A program made the translations under genes and the position numbers. Shown here piece by piece: positions 31,701 through 38,437 of a stretch of 64,000 nt of DNA. This DNA comes from a virus. The notes below the pieces were generated by a model. It was given only the letters and a program-made list of their open reading frames with translations. It was not told where the DNA came from and did not search any database. How positions within the stretch are numbered: position 1 is the first letter of the stretch; each line of letters opens with the position of its first letter. Location: positions 62,520 through 126,519 of IMG/VR virus record IMGVR_UViG_3300031951_000037, one strand, 5' to 3'.

Positions 31701-33672
31701 TCCAAAAGAAATCTTTTGGGCAATGCGAAAGAACATTGACTATTCACACTTTGATTTTAGCTGGCGCCCAACTACTGTGGAAGTTGCCTATGAACTAGAT
31801 TATGTTCATGTTTTTGGTTCTCCTGAATCAGAACTAACACAGACATATTTTGTGAGCGCAGAGCATTATCTAAAAGGTAACACCGAGTTTAAGTTTGTAG
31901 AAGATTTAAAACTAAATGAAGATACTTTGGCTAAACTATTCAAGAAGCCTGATATGTTCTTTATTGACAGAAGCAATAGTGAATCACAAGAGCGGTTTGA
32001 GAAGCTTAAAGAACGTTTCCCTGGCATTCAAAAGACTCGCTATCTTAATAGCTGGGTTGATACTATCAATCGCTGCACTAAGAAAGCAAGCACTGAATTG
32101 ATTTGGGTTCTTAATAGTGAACTAGACTATAGCGACTTTAACTTTGATTACTATCCTAATCCTTGGCAGATGAAGATGGTTCAAGTGTTTGGTACTCAGT
32201 GGAGCCATTGGGGAACAACGTTCATGGTTAACTGCGAAACATTCCCCGAAGATACCAGGTATGTCAAGATTATTGAACATCTATCCAACTTGAACTTTGT
32301 GAAGGATATTCGTACTAAGGCAACACAGTGCGTCCATGATATTGTAGTTATTGACCATGCTAACAAGGAAACAAGTGATGTAGTGTCATTTTTGCAGAGT
32401 AAGGTATCTGACAACACGATTACGGTAATTCCTTATCAAGAGAGCTACCTAGAAACCTTCAAGGAAATTATTAGTAAGCAGCAAGAAAAGAAGGATCATT
32501 ACATTTGGATTTGCTCAAGTGTATGTGACTATACGAACTTTGATTTCTCATATGTGTGTGATCCGTTTGCAAGAGACCAGCTACATGTTTTCCCAAGTGG
32601 AACGCAGAAGTTCGGTGATACTTTCTTCGTAGATGTTAACAAGGCTAGAGAAGTTATCAGTGATCTAGAACTACTAGAAAGCTTCAATAAGGTAAACTAC
32701 AACATGACTATTAGGGCAGAAAGATTGCCCGAACCAGTGATTGTTGTTAATGATGACACGCATTCTACTGCTATTAATAAGATTATTGATTTCCCATACG
32801 CAACACTAGTTACCTATGATAACACTGATGTACCTAAGGTTGATATTGAGCCGATGAATCTTTGGTCTAGCGATACTAAGAATATCTATGTTACTAGTAC
32901 TGGTGCAACTCGTATTGTTGTGCCTGTCGAAGCTAAGGACTATGTTAAGAAAGAATTGTATGAATATCCATACATTAAGCGTGCTCCTAAGTTAGCAACT
33001 TCTAAGCCATTAGATATCGTATACCTAAGTAACGGCGAAACAGGTGCCGACGAAAACTATCAATACTTGTTAGATGTTACTAAGGATCTCCCCAATAGAG
33101 TTGTTAGGGTAGATGGAATTAACGGTCGTGTTGCTGCTTATCATGCAGCAGCAGAGGCTAGCGAAACGACTTGGATGTTCACGGTCTTTGCTAAGCTTAA
33201 AGTCAACCCTAAGTTTGATTGGAACTGGCAACCCGATAGAATGCAGGCTCCTAAGCATTATATTTTCTATGCAAAGAATCCAGTTAACGGATTAACCTAC
33301 GGTCACCAAGCAATGATCGCATATAACAAGAAGCTCACACTTGCTAATGAAGGCAAAGGTCTTGATTTTACATTGGATGACGAGCATGAAGTAGTGCCAT
33401 TGATTTCAGGAACAGCAAACTACAATACTGACGAGTTCTCAACGTGGCGCACTGCATTTAGAGAAGTTATCAAGCTTAAAGCGGATTCTGATGATATAGC
33501 CAAATATCGCCTTGATGCCTGGCTTACTAAAGGGGAAGGTAATTTCGCAGAGTACAGCATTAAGGGTGCGTTAGATGCAGAAAAATACTATGATGATGTT
33601 GGCGGTGACTTTGACATGATCAAATTAAGCTATGAATGGGATTGGCTGCGAAACAAGTTTAATGAAATGTGA
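28720..33672 (+). CDS. 1650-aa repeat protein with C-terminal glycosyltransferase-like domain
   Basis: 13 canonical and ~4 degenerate repeats of ~65 aa (FDFSWxPxxxxPPYIYxFG); C-terminal LSNGE...RVDGINGRVAAYHAAA...TWRTAFRE domain like 15609..16559. Confidence 0.7.
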   Translation: MLRDVFYFGKKPNVHPREQFAENLQDARLKATTRDFWIINEFSDYRNFDWDFDFEFLPDEDVWAEDHNNVWPSQHQKDSGTWLCPKEHSDVIVYRNDVDPVIRKNEKTDQWVELDLINYSKFDFSWHPDPTDPPYIYKWGCKFFPTEIKHVLEYRVPGATQEKYMNTIAELVPEYDRWVEHQAIDKDRFDMSWRPNPLDPPFIYVWGNKYVDGRLQPTLEYHAPNATDIKYLSELVPVLPEQDRWTILEDIVKDSFDFSWRPDPREPAFIYVFGNEQYDGTIMPTLEYRCPNATEIKYVNDITAKLAPKKELFEHLEDSYGIDYSWRPNPTSPPYIYAWGNQWNSPEEKISIQFVVPGATEYKYMTERAIRKPCMDNWVVPDDVDATGFDFSWEPNPTAPPYIYEFATQWQKTGGPQYVVPGATEKQYVDFQRVKRLPTNKGWAIPNNIDIDRFDFSWHPDSSSPPYVYVFSTQWAFSGGPVYTVDGATEVKYVEDQVATAIVDMNNWVYDATEIDVDSFDFSWHPHAEDQPYIYQFGTQWQKTGGPKYITSGADNSSPVKYVDTRIIKAMRLSNPHDYYWVENYPIKDFDYSWHPDDTEEPYIYVFGNKQYPAEECPTIEYRMEGATQVKYIHDIVATLDVDMTNWVIHEPIDEDSFDFSWVPNPTDQPYIYVFGNQRYSGEIYPTVEYRTPNATEKKYVSDVTAKLKVDKSKFTLLYPINEDKFDFRWRPNPMSPPYIYIFGNQYYSAEEMPTVEYRVDGATEIKYVKNITAHLKSNMTNWEVPSNIDVSSFDFSWVPHPKSPPYIYEFATVWNDRGGPRYIVKGATEYKYIEEIKAKTLPDKTNWDIPNNIDISSFDFSWVPHPNSPPYIYEFGTQWNDRGGPVYRMPGATEYKYIDTVKANTLPSRVNWEIPDGVDVRRFDFSWAPHPMAPPYIYQFGTKLDNNDGPRYVTPSNNGEIVYLERVELLGSSDISVGQYYIETSLEELINKHPKEIFWAMRKNIDYSHFDFSWRPTTVEVAYELDYVHVFGSPESELTQTYFVSAEHYLKGNTEFKFVEDLKLNEDTLAKLFKKPDMFFIDRSNSESQERFEKLKERFPGIQKTRYLNSWVDTINRCTKKASTELIWVLNSELDYSDFNFDYYPNPWQMKMVQVFGTQWSHWGTTFMVNCETFPEDTRYVKIIEHLSNLNFVKDIRTKATQCVHDIVVIDHANKETSDVVSFLQSKVSDNTITVIPYQESYLETFKEIISKQQEKKDHYIWICSSVCDYTNFDFSYVCDPFARDQLHVFPSGTQKFGDTFFVDVNKAREVISDLELLESFNKVNYNMTIRAERLPEPVIVVNDDTHSTAINKIIDFPYATLVTYDNTDVPKVDIEPMNLWSSDTKNIYVTSTGATRIVVPVEAKDYVKKELYEYPYIKRAPKLATSKPLDIVYLSNGETGADENYQYLLDVTKDLPNRVVRVDGINGRVAAYHAAAEASETTWMFTVFAKLKVNPKFDWNWQPDRMQAPKHYIFYAKNPVNGLTYGHQAMIAYNKKLTLANEGKGLDFTLDDEHEVVPLISGTANYNTDEFSTWRTAFREVIKLKADSDDIAKYRLDAWLTKGEGNFAEYSIKGALDAEKYYDDVGGDFDMIKLSYEWDWLRNKFNEM

Positions 33673-33691
33673 TTTTGGGTACTTAAAGCGG

Positions 33692-33720
33692 TTGACAACA
33701 GAATAAAAGATAAGTATAGT
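33692..33720 (+). promoter_or_regulatory. Sigma70-like early promoter
   Basis: TTGACA-N17-TATAGT. Confidence 0.75.
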
Positions 33721-33772
33721 AGAAGCTATAGTGAAAAATATCACATTACCCTAACAGCCAAAGGAGGCTACT

Positions 33773-34135
33773 ATGAAGAAGTTCATTTCCCTTATTACAA
33801 TGTCTGCAATGCTTGCTGTCTCTACGCCAGCTCTCGCCGATCATAGGCGCTTTGACCCACGCTGGGGCGTAGATCATGGTGGGAGGCAACATCCTGGTAC
33901 CTGGCGAGGTCATCGTGATCGTGGTGTAAGCACTGAAGGTGCAATTATCATTGGACTCGGTGCATTGCTTGTAGGTAAGGCTATTGCCGATAGCAACAAC
34001 CGTCGTCGTGAACGTGAAGTAATTATTGTAGAACGTTACCCGCAACAACCCCGACAAGTTTGTCAAGACGTAGTTCAGCACGATTACTATGGGAATCCAT
34101 ATGTTGCCGGACGTAACTGCTGGTACGAGCGATGA
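33773..34135 (+). CDS. Secreted/membrane protein with signal peptide and Gly-zipper-like helix
   Basis: SD AAGGAGG; Sec signal ending TPALA; hydrophobic GAIIIGLGALLVG segment. Confidence 0.65.
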   Translation: MKKFISLITMSAMLAVSTPALADHRRFDPRWGVDHGGRQHPGTWRGHRDRGVSTEGAIIIGLGALLVGKAIADSNNRRREREVIIVERYPQQPRQVCQDVVQHDYYGNPYVAGRNCWYER

Positions 34136-34296
34136 TTGATTGGTCAGGTATGCGTACTGTGCGAAAGCCGACTCAAAAGGAGCGCGGACGCTATCAACGT
34201 TGGGTAAAGTATCTTAAAGATTCTAGACTCACCGAAGAACAAATCCATGAACGAGCAGCTAGATTGACTGAACAGGGTCGGGAGCCTGATCTATAA
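34132..34296 (+). CDS. 54-aa hypothetical protein
   Basis: MIDWSGMRTVRKPTQKERGRYQRWVKYLKDSRLTEEQIHERAARLTEQGREPDL*; ATGA overlap. Confidence 0.55.
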   Translation: MIDWSGMRTVRKPTQKERGRYQRWVKYLKDSRLTEEQIHERAARLTEQGREPDL

Positions 34297-34298
34297 TT

Positions 34299-34466
34299 AT
34301 GGTAGTCTGTAGTTGTAGAAACATTAGAGACTCGCAATACACTAGCAGAGAAGAACTATCTGCCCGCATTTTACAAGACGATTATTGTTGTGGTACATGC
34401 TTAGACGAGTTTTTACCAAACGACAACAAAAAGATTGACACGAACCCCCAACTAGTATATAAATAG
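34299..34466 (+). CDS. Bfd-like [2Fe-2S] ferredoxin (55 aa)
   Basis: MVVCSCRNIRD...CCGTC resembles the Bfd pattern (MxVCxC...CGxC). Confidence 0.55.
   Translation: MVVCSCRNIRDSQYTSREELSARILQDDYCCGTCLDEFLPNDNKKIDTNPQLVYK
34435..34465 (+). promoter_or_regulatory. Composite promoter of the tmRNA gene
   Basis: TTGACA-N17-TATAAA; the -10 element is also a perfect T4 late TATAAATA (34458-34465). Confidence 0.75.
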
Positions 34467-34469
34467 ATT

Positions 34470-34826
34470 ATCAGTTGTTTGATGCAATCTGATGTTTGTG
34501 CAGGACCCGGGGGCGGTACCCGGCGCCTCCACCATTAACACACTTGCCTGACTCCTCCGGTTTTTGGGAGGTAAGTTGGGACCGAACTTCACTAGAGGTC
34601 GTTCTACAGTGCCTTGAGGCATGAGGATACTAACAGAAACGAGTGTGTTAATGATGGGGGCGAAATTTAGGATCGACTGCAAGGCAGAGGTGAGAGTAGA
34701 CTGATTGGTTGGCCGCATATAAGCCAAAACTGTAAATGTCGCAGCTAATGACAACAATGTGGATCTTGCCCTAGCGGCATGATTCTACGGGGTCCGGGAG
34801 TACCTTGCAACAGAAACTCCCAACCA
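34470..34826 (+). ncRNA. ssrA: Circularly permuted (two-piece) tmRNA, alphaproteobacterial type (outer ends approximate)
   Basis: Acceptor piece ends with T-arm CCGGG-GGCGGTA-CCCGG and CGCCTCC-ACCA (CCA at 34532-34534). Coding piece starts GGGGGCG at 34656 and forms the acceptor stem with the G3:U70 Ala determinant. Tag frame 34741-34782 = AANDNNVDLALAA*. 3' motif GGGAGTACCTTGCAACAGAAACTCCC. Confidence 0.95.
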
Positions 34827-34837
34827 TACTAACTATC

Positions 34838-34844
34838 ATAAATA
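34838..34844 (+). promoter_or_regulatory. Late promoter motif ATAAATA
   Basis: 4 nt upstream of ATG 34849; no SD. Confidence 0.6.
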
Positions 34845-34848
34845 CAGT

Positions 34849-37800
34849 ATGGACATTAATGAATTGGAATCCTTTAAATTAAGCGATGCTGTAACTTTCC
34901 ACAAGGAATTGAACCCTAAGTTGTGGGAAGATAATACACTTGATCCAGAAGTGCGTGATCAATTACTATTGATTGCCGAAGACTTTGTAGAATATCTAGG
35001 CATCAGCAATCTTAAAGTTAGAGACGTTACTATCTCAGGTAGTAACGCTGCCTATTCATATACTCCTCACAGTGACTTAGACTTGCACATATTGGTAGAC
35101 TTCAATGAACTACCAAACAACGAAGTGTACCAAGAACTGTTCACTGCTAAGAAAACATTATATAACGATGCCCACGACATTACGGTGCGTGATGTTCCCG
35201 TAGAACTATATGTGCAGGATACAAATCAGCCTCATGTTAGTTTAGGTGAGTACAGCATTGTCTATGACAAGTGGATTCGCATTCCTAAAAAGCGTAGAGC
35301 AAACTTTGACGAAGCTGCAACCAAAGCAAAGTATGAGAAGCTTGGTGACCTTATTGAGTTGGCATTGAAGTCACGAGATCCAAAAAGAGTCAACGATACC
35401 CTCGCACTAATCAAACGTTATCGCAAGAGCGGACTGGAGAAAGCTGGCGAGTTTGGTCCTGAGAATCTAGCATTCAAAGCAATCAGAAAGCAGGGACTGA
35501 TTCAAGACCTACATGACCTCAAAGCACAATTACACGCTGAAAAGTTAAGCATTGACGAATATGCTAACGAAGATTATGATCCAAATGGTCCGCCCCCTGG
35601 ACCCGAGTTTAAGCCTACGATGCCTGCAGGTACTGTCAGAGTAGACGTTAGTGATGTATACGATTGGTACAAGCTAGGTCAACATATCAGCAATATGAAG
35701 GGTTTGGGTAAGCACGATTTCGGTAAAGGTCCTCCCAGCACTATTTTGTCATTCGGTGATGAAGATACCGAACACAAATATATTCAAGATTTAGAAAAGA
35801 CTGGATTGACTACGACTGATATTGATCCAGTTGACCCCAAGCAACCAAAAGGTATGAAGCGTCAAAAAACTGACCCTACATTTAATGTCAATGAGACAGA
35901 CGATAGAAAAGCAGCAGTACTTAAGATTCAGAAACACTTGAATAAGAAGTATGGTGCCAACCTTGACCTTGACGGTAAACTAGGTCCGTTGACTCTTAAA
36001 TCAATCAACAAGTTTATGCCTAGAGCAAAAACTGGATTAGCTGATGAGCCTAACAAGACAACAGCAGTGCAGGGTAAGAAGCTGAAAGAAGCAAAGATTG
36101 ATGCCCATCGTCAGGGTGATACTATTTGGATCAACTACTTTGAGGTTCCTGAGAAAGGTAAAGGACTTGGTACTCAAGAATATATGAAGTTTGAAAAGAG
36201 CCTTCCTAAAGACATAAAGAAGATTCGTTTAGTAGCAAGTGATGCCGGATATGGTCCTACTCACGAGTTTTGGGACAGAATGGGATTTGACTATGCTTAT
36301 CCAGATGATGATAATGAAATGGTTAAGCTGCTAGAAGCCGTCAAGTTCAAAGTACAAAAGGGCAAGAATAAATTCTCTACTGAATTATTAGTAAGCGGTG
36401 AACCTGTTGGTATATATCAATACGATGCTACTACTGGACGCAGTATTGCCGAAATTTATCCTGAGTTTAAGGGCAAGGGTTTAGGTAAACTATTAGTCTT
36501 ACACGCTATCTATACCGCTGCACAATTAGGTCTTGATTTTATAGAAGATGATTCACGAACCGCAGAATATGATAACGTATTAGATAGCCTAAGCAGCAAT
36601 GGTTATATAGTAGATGATGATGGATATTGGTATGTCACAGGTGACGGAGAACAATATCTGAAACAATCATTAAAAGAAGCCCACCTGGTAGAAACCGCAG
36701 AGGAAAATCAAATTATCAATGCAGTTTCTAGAGCAGCCGCTGATAAAATTGTCGAGTTCATGCAAGCGAATGAAAGCAAGATATTGGATATGTTATTGGT
36801 AGGCATGACTCCCAAAACTCGTCTAATATTATTTGGTTTAAAACCAAAAGACCTAAATGTTCCCTCAGTGAAAGACCCGCTACTCAATAAATTATTAAAA
36901 ACTATGAAAATTAAAGTCAGTACCTATAAGAATTGGAAAAACGAAAAAGATACAAAGATTTATGGAGAATACTATGAGGGTGATAACAGTATTTTACTTT
37001 ATTTCCCGGCTCATGAACTTGCTGCTAAAATACGAGGAACAACCATTCAATCCGAGGTTGCCAGTACATTATCACATGAAATTCAACATGCGCTTGACGA
37101 TTTAAAAAGTCAGGGCAAGGCACTAGCAGATCCTATATTATACAAAGGAATGAGTAACGATTATCAATCATATCTTAAAAGACCATATGAAGTGAATGCT
37201 AGATTCCAACAAGCAACTATGGACATAGCAGAATATGTAGCTATGCCAAAGAAAGATGGTAGCAAGGCTACACAGAAAGATTTGCCGGAACTAATTCGTT
37301 ACGCATTTGAAAAAAATCAATTAGATAAAATCTACGAGAAAAATCAAAAAGAATATAAGAGATTATTGTCTCGTGCTTATAAGTTCTTCCAAGCTGAAAT
37401 GAATGCTCCTAAGAAAGCAACTCCTCAAAATATAGTGAGTAGAGCAGTCAATTGGATAATGGGTAATTCCACAAAAGAAATTAATGAGGCTTCCGGATAC
37501 ATTCCAAGCGAAAAAGAGAAGAATGATCCTCGCTTCAAGACTGCACTGACTGTAGACGTTAAGCCAGACTCAATCAAGAAGAATGCTAAGGCGTTCAACT
37601 GGAAAACCTCACGAGCAGGCATCCCTCCCCAAGCACGAGCAGATGGTAAGCTTGCGGAAGACCTAATGAGAGAGTTTAAAAGTTTTTTACTTGAAGATAA
37701 GCAGCCCAAAGTAGGTTATCACGTTACTGCTACAAAAAACTTACCAGTCATACGTAAGAACGGAATCAAAGCAGATAGCAGAGGCAATAGCTATGTTTGG

Positions 37801-38013
37801 GATTCGTTTGAAATGGCTGAATGGTTCACCGACTTTCAGAACGATGAGGGTCAAGATAGAACGATATTGAAAATAGATATGACAGGCATTGATGCCCGCC
37901 CCGATCCAGAAGCCGAAGACATGAGCGAATGGTCAAGTAGATTTAAGCCCGGCACGAACGGCGGCGCTTGGATAGTAACAGGTTCTATTCCACCGGACAA
38001 AATCATAGGTTGA
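34849..38013 (+). CDS. Polyvalent protein: Pol-beta nucleotidyltransferase, unknown domain, PG-binding-like, 2x GNAT, zincin, ART-like
   Basis: SGS...DLDLH; IQKHLN...DGKLGPLT; KGKGLGT...FWDRMGF; FKGKGLGK; HEIQH; YHVT...SYVW. Confidence 0.75.
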   Translation: MDINELESFKLSDAVTFHKELNPKLWEDNTLDPEVRDQLLLIAEDFVEYLGISNLKVRDVTISGSNAAYSYTPHSDLDLHILVDFNELPNNEVYQELFTAKKTLYNDAHDITVRDVPVELYVQDTNQPHVSLGEYSIVYDKWIRIPKKRRANFDEAATKAKYEKLGDLIELALKSRDPKRVNDTLALIKRYRKSGLEKAGEFGPENLAFKAIRKQGLIQDLHDLKAQLHAEKLSIDEYANEDYDPNGPPPGPEFKPTMPAGTVRVDVSDVYDWYKLGQHISNMKGLGKHDFGKGPPSTILSFGDEDTEHKYIQDLEKTGLTTTDIDPVDPKQPKGMKRQKTDPTFNVNETDDRKAAVLKIQKHLNKKYGANLDLDGKLGPLTLKSINKFMPRAKTGLADEPNKTTAVQGKKLKEAKIDAHRQGDTIWINYFEVPEKGKGLGTQEYMKFEKSLPKDIKKIRLVASDAGYGPTHEFWDRMGFDYAYPDDDNEMVKLLEAVKFKVQKGKNKFSTELLVSGEPVGIYQYDATTGRSIAEIYPEFKGKGLGKLLVLHAIYTAAQLGLDFIEDDSRTAEYDNVLDSLSSNGYIVDDDGYWYVTGDGEQYLKQSLKEAHLVETAEENQIINAVSRAAADKIVEFMQANESKILDMLLVGMTPKTRLILFGLKPKDLNVPSVKDPLLNKLLKTMKIKVSTYKNWKNEKDTKIYGEYYEGDNSILLYFPAHELAAKIRGTTIQSEVASTLSHEIQHALDDLKSQGKALADPILYKGMSNDYQSYLKRPYEVNARFQQATMDIAEYVAMPKKDGSKATQKDLPELIRYAFEKNQLDKIYEKNQKEYKRLLSRAYKFFQAEMNAPKKATPQNIVSRAVNWIMGNSTKEINEASGYIPSEKEKNDPRFKTALTVDVKPDSIKKNAKAFNWKTSRAGIPPQARADGKLAEDLMREFKSFLLEDKQPKVGYHVTATKNLPVIRKNGIKADSRGNSYVWDSFEMAEWFTDFQNDEGQDRTILKIDMTGIDARPDPEAEDMSEWSSRFKPGTNGGAWIVTGSIPPDKIIG

Positions 38014-38038
38014 CAATGGCCCAAAACTATTGTAGTGT
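38010..38038 (+). promoter_or_regulatory. Sigma70-like early promoter
   Basis: TTGACA-N17-TAGTGT; ATG 38045 is 6 nt downstream. Confidence 0.6.
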
Positions 38039-38044
38039 GAGACT

Positions 38045-38317
38045 ATGAGCAAAGATTTCAACACCGCAGAAGAAGCTAGAATGATCATGTATGATATCAA
38101 TGATCAGCTTTGTAAGCTACCATATAACCCTGACCTAAGCAAGTTTTGCTACAATATCTGTGACATGGTTGAAGAGCTTAGCAAGCTTGAGGTCTATACC
38201 CGCCGCACCCCTCCCCGTTCTCGCTATCATGTGCAGTATAATAAACTGCGTGAAGAAATCCGCGGTGCTATTAAGCACCTCAACAACCTTATCCTTATGC
38301 TTCGCCTCATGGCATAA
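38045..38317 (+). CDS. Hypothetical protein
   Basis: 90-aa ORF with its own promoter. Confidence 0.6.
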   Translation: MSKDFNTAEEARMIMYDINDQLCKLPYNPDLSKFCYNICDMVEELSKLEVYTRRTPPRSRYHVQYNKLREEIRGAIKHLNNLILMLRLMA

Positions 38318-38345
38318 AAAAATATCCAGTTAGGCAAAAAACTGG

Positions 38346-38374
38346 TTGACTTCCCCCTCATAATATCATATAAC
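38346..38374 (+). promoter_or_regulatory. Sigma70-like early promoter
   Basis: GGTTGACT-N17-TATAAC. Confidence 0.65.
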
Positions 38375-38437
38375 AAGACTATAGAGAGCAACGAAGCAAA
38401 CACTCTCTACATTTGTTCAAACTAAGGAGCTTAAAGT

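Noticed and set aside
28720-33672. Repeats as a CRISPR array or DGR template/variable repeats
   Set aside because: They are in-frame ~195-nt protein-coding repeats. There is no repeat-spacer structure, no adenine-specific mismatch pattern and no reverse transcriptase in the window.
34501-34534. Possible stand-alone tRNA-Ala or tRNA fragment
   Set aside because: No anticodon arm; it is the acceptor piece of the permuted tmRNA.
34600-34645. Possible hammerhead ribozyme in the tmRNA spacer (ATGAG...GAAAC)
   Set aside because: Lacks the CUGAnGA core and the three required stems.
34452-34757. 101-aa minus-strand ORF
   Set aside because: Antisense to the tmRNA gene, which fully explains the sequence.
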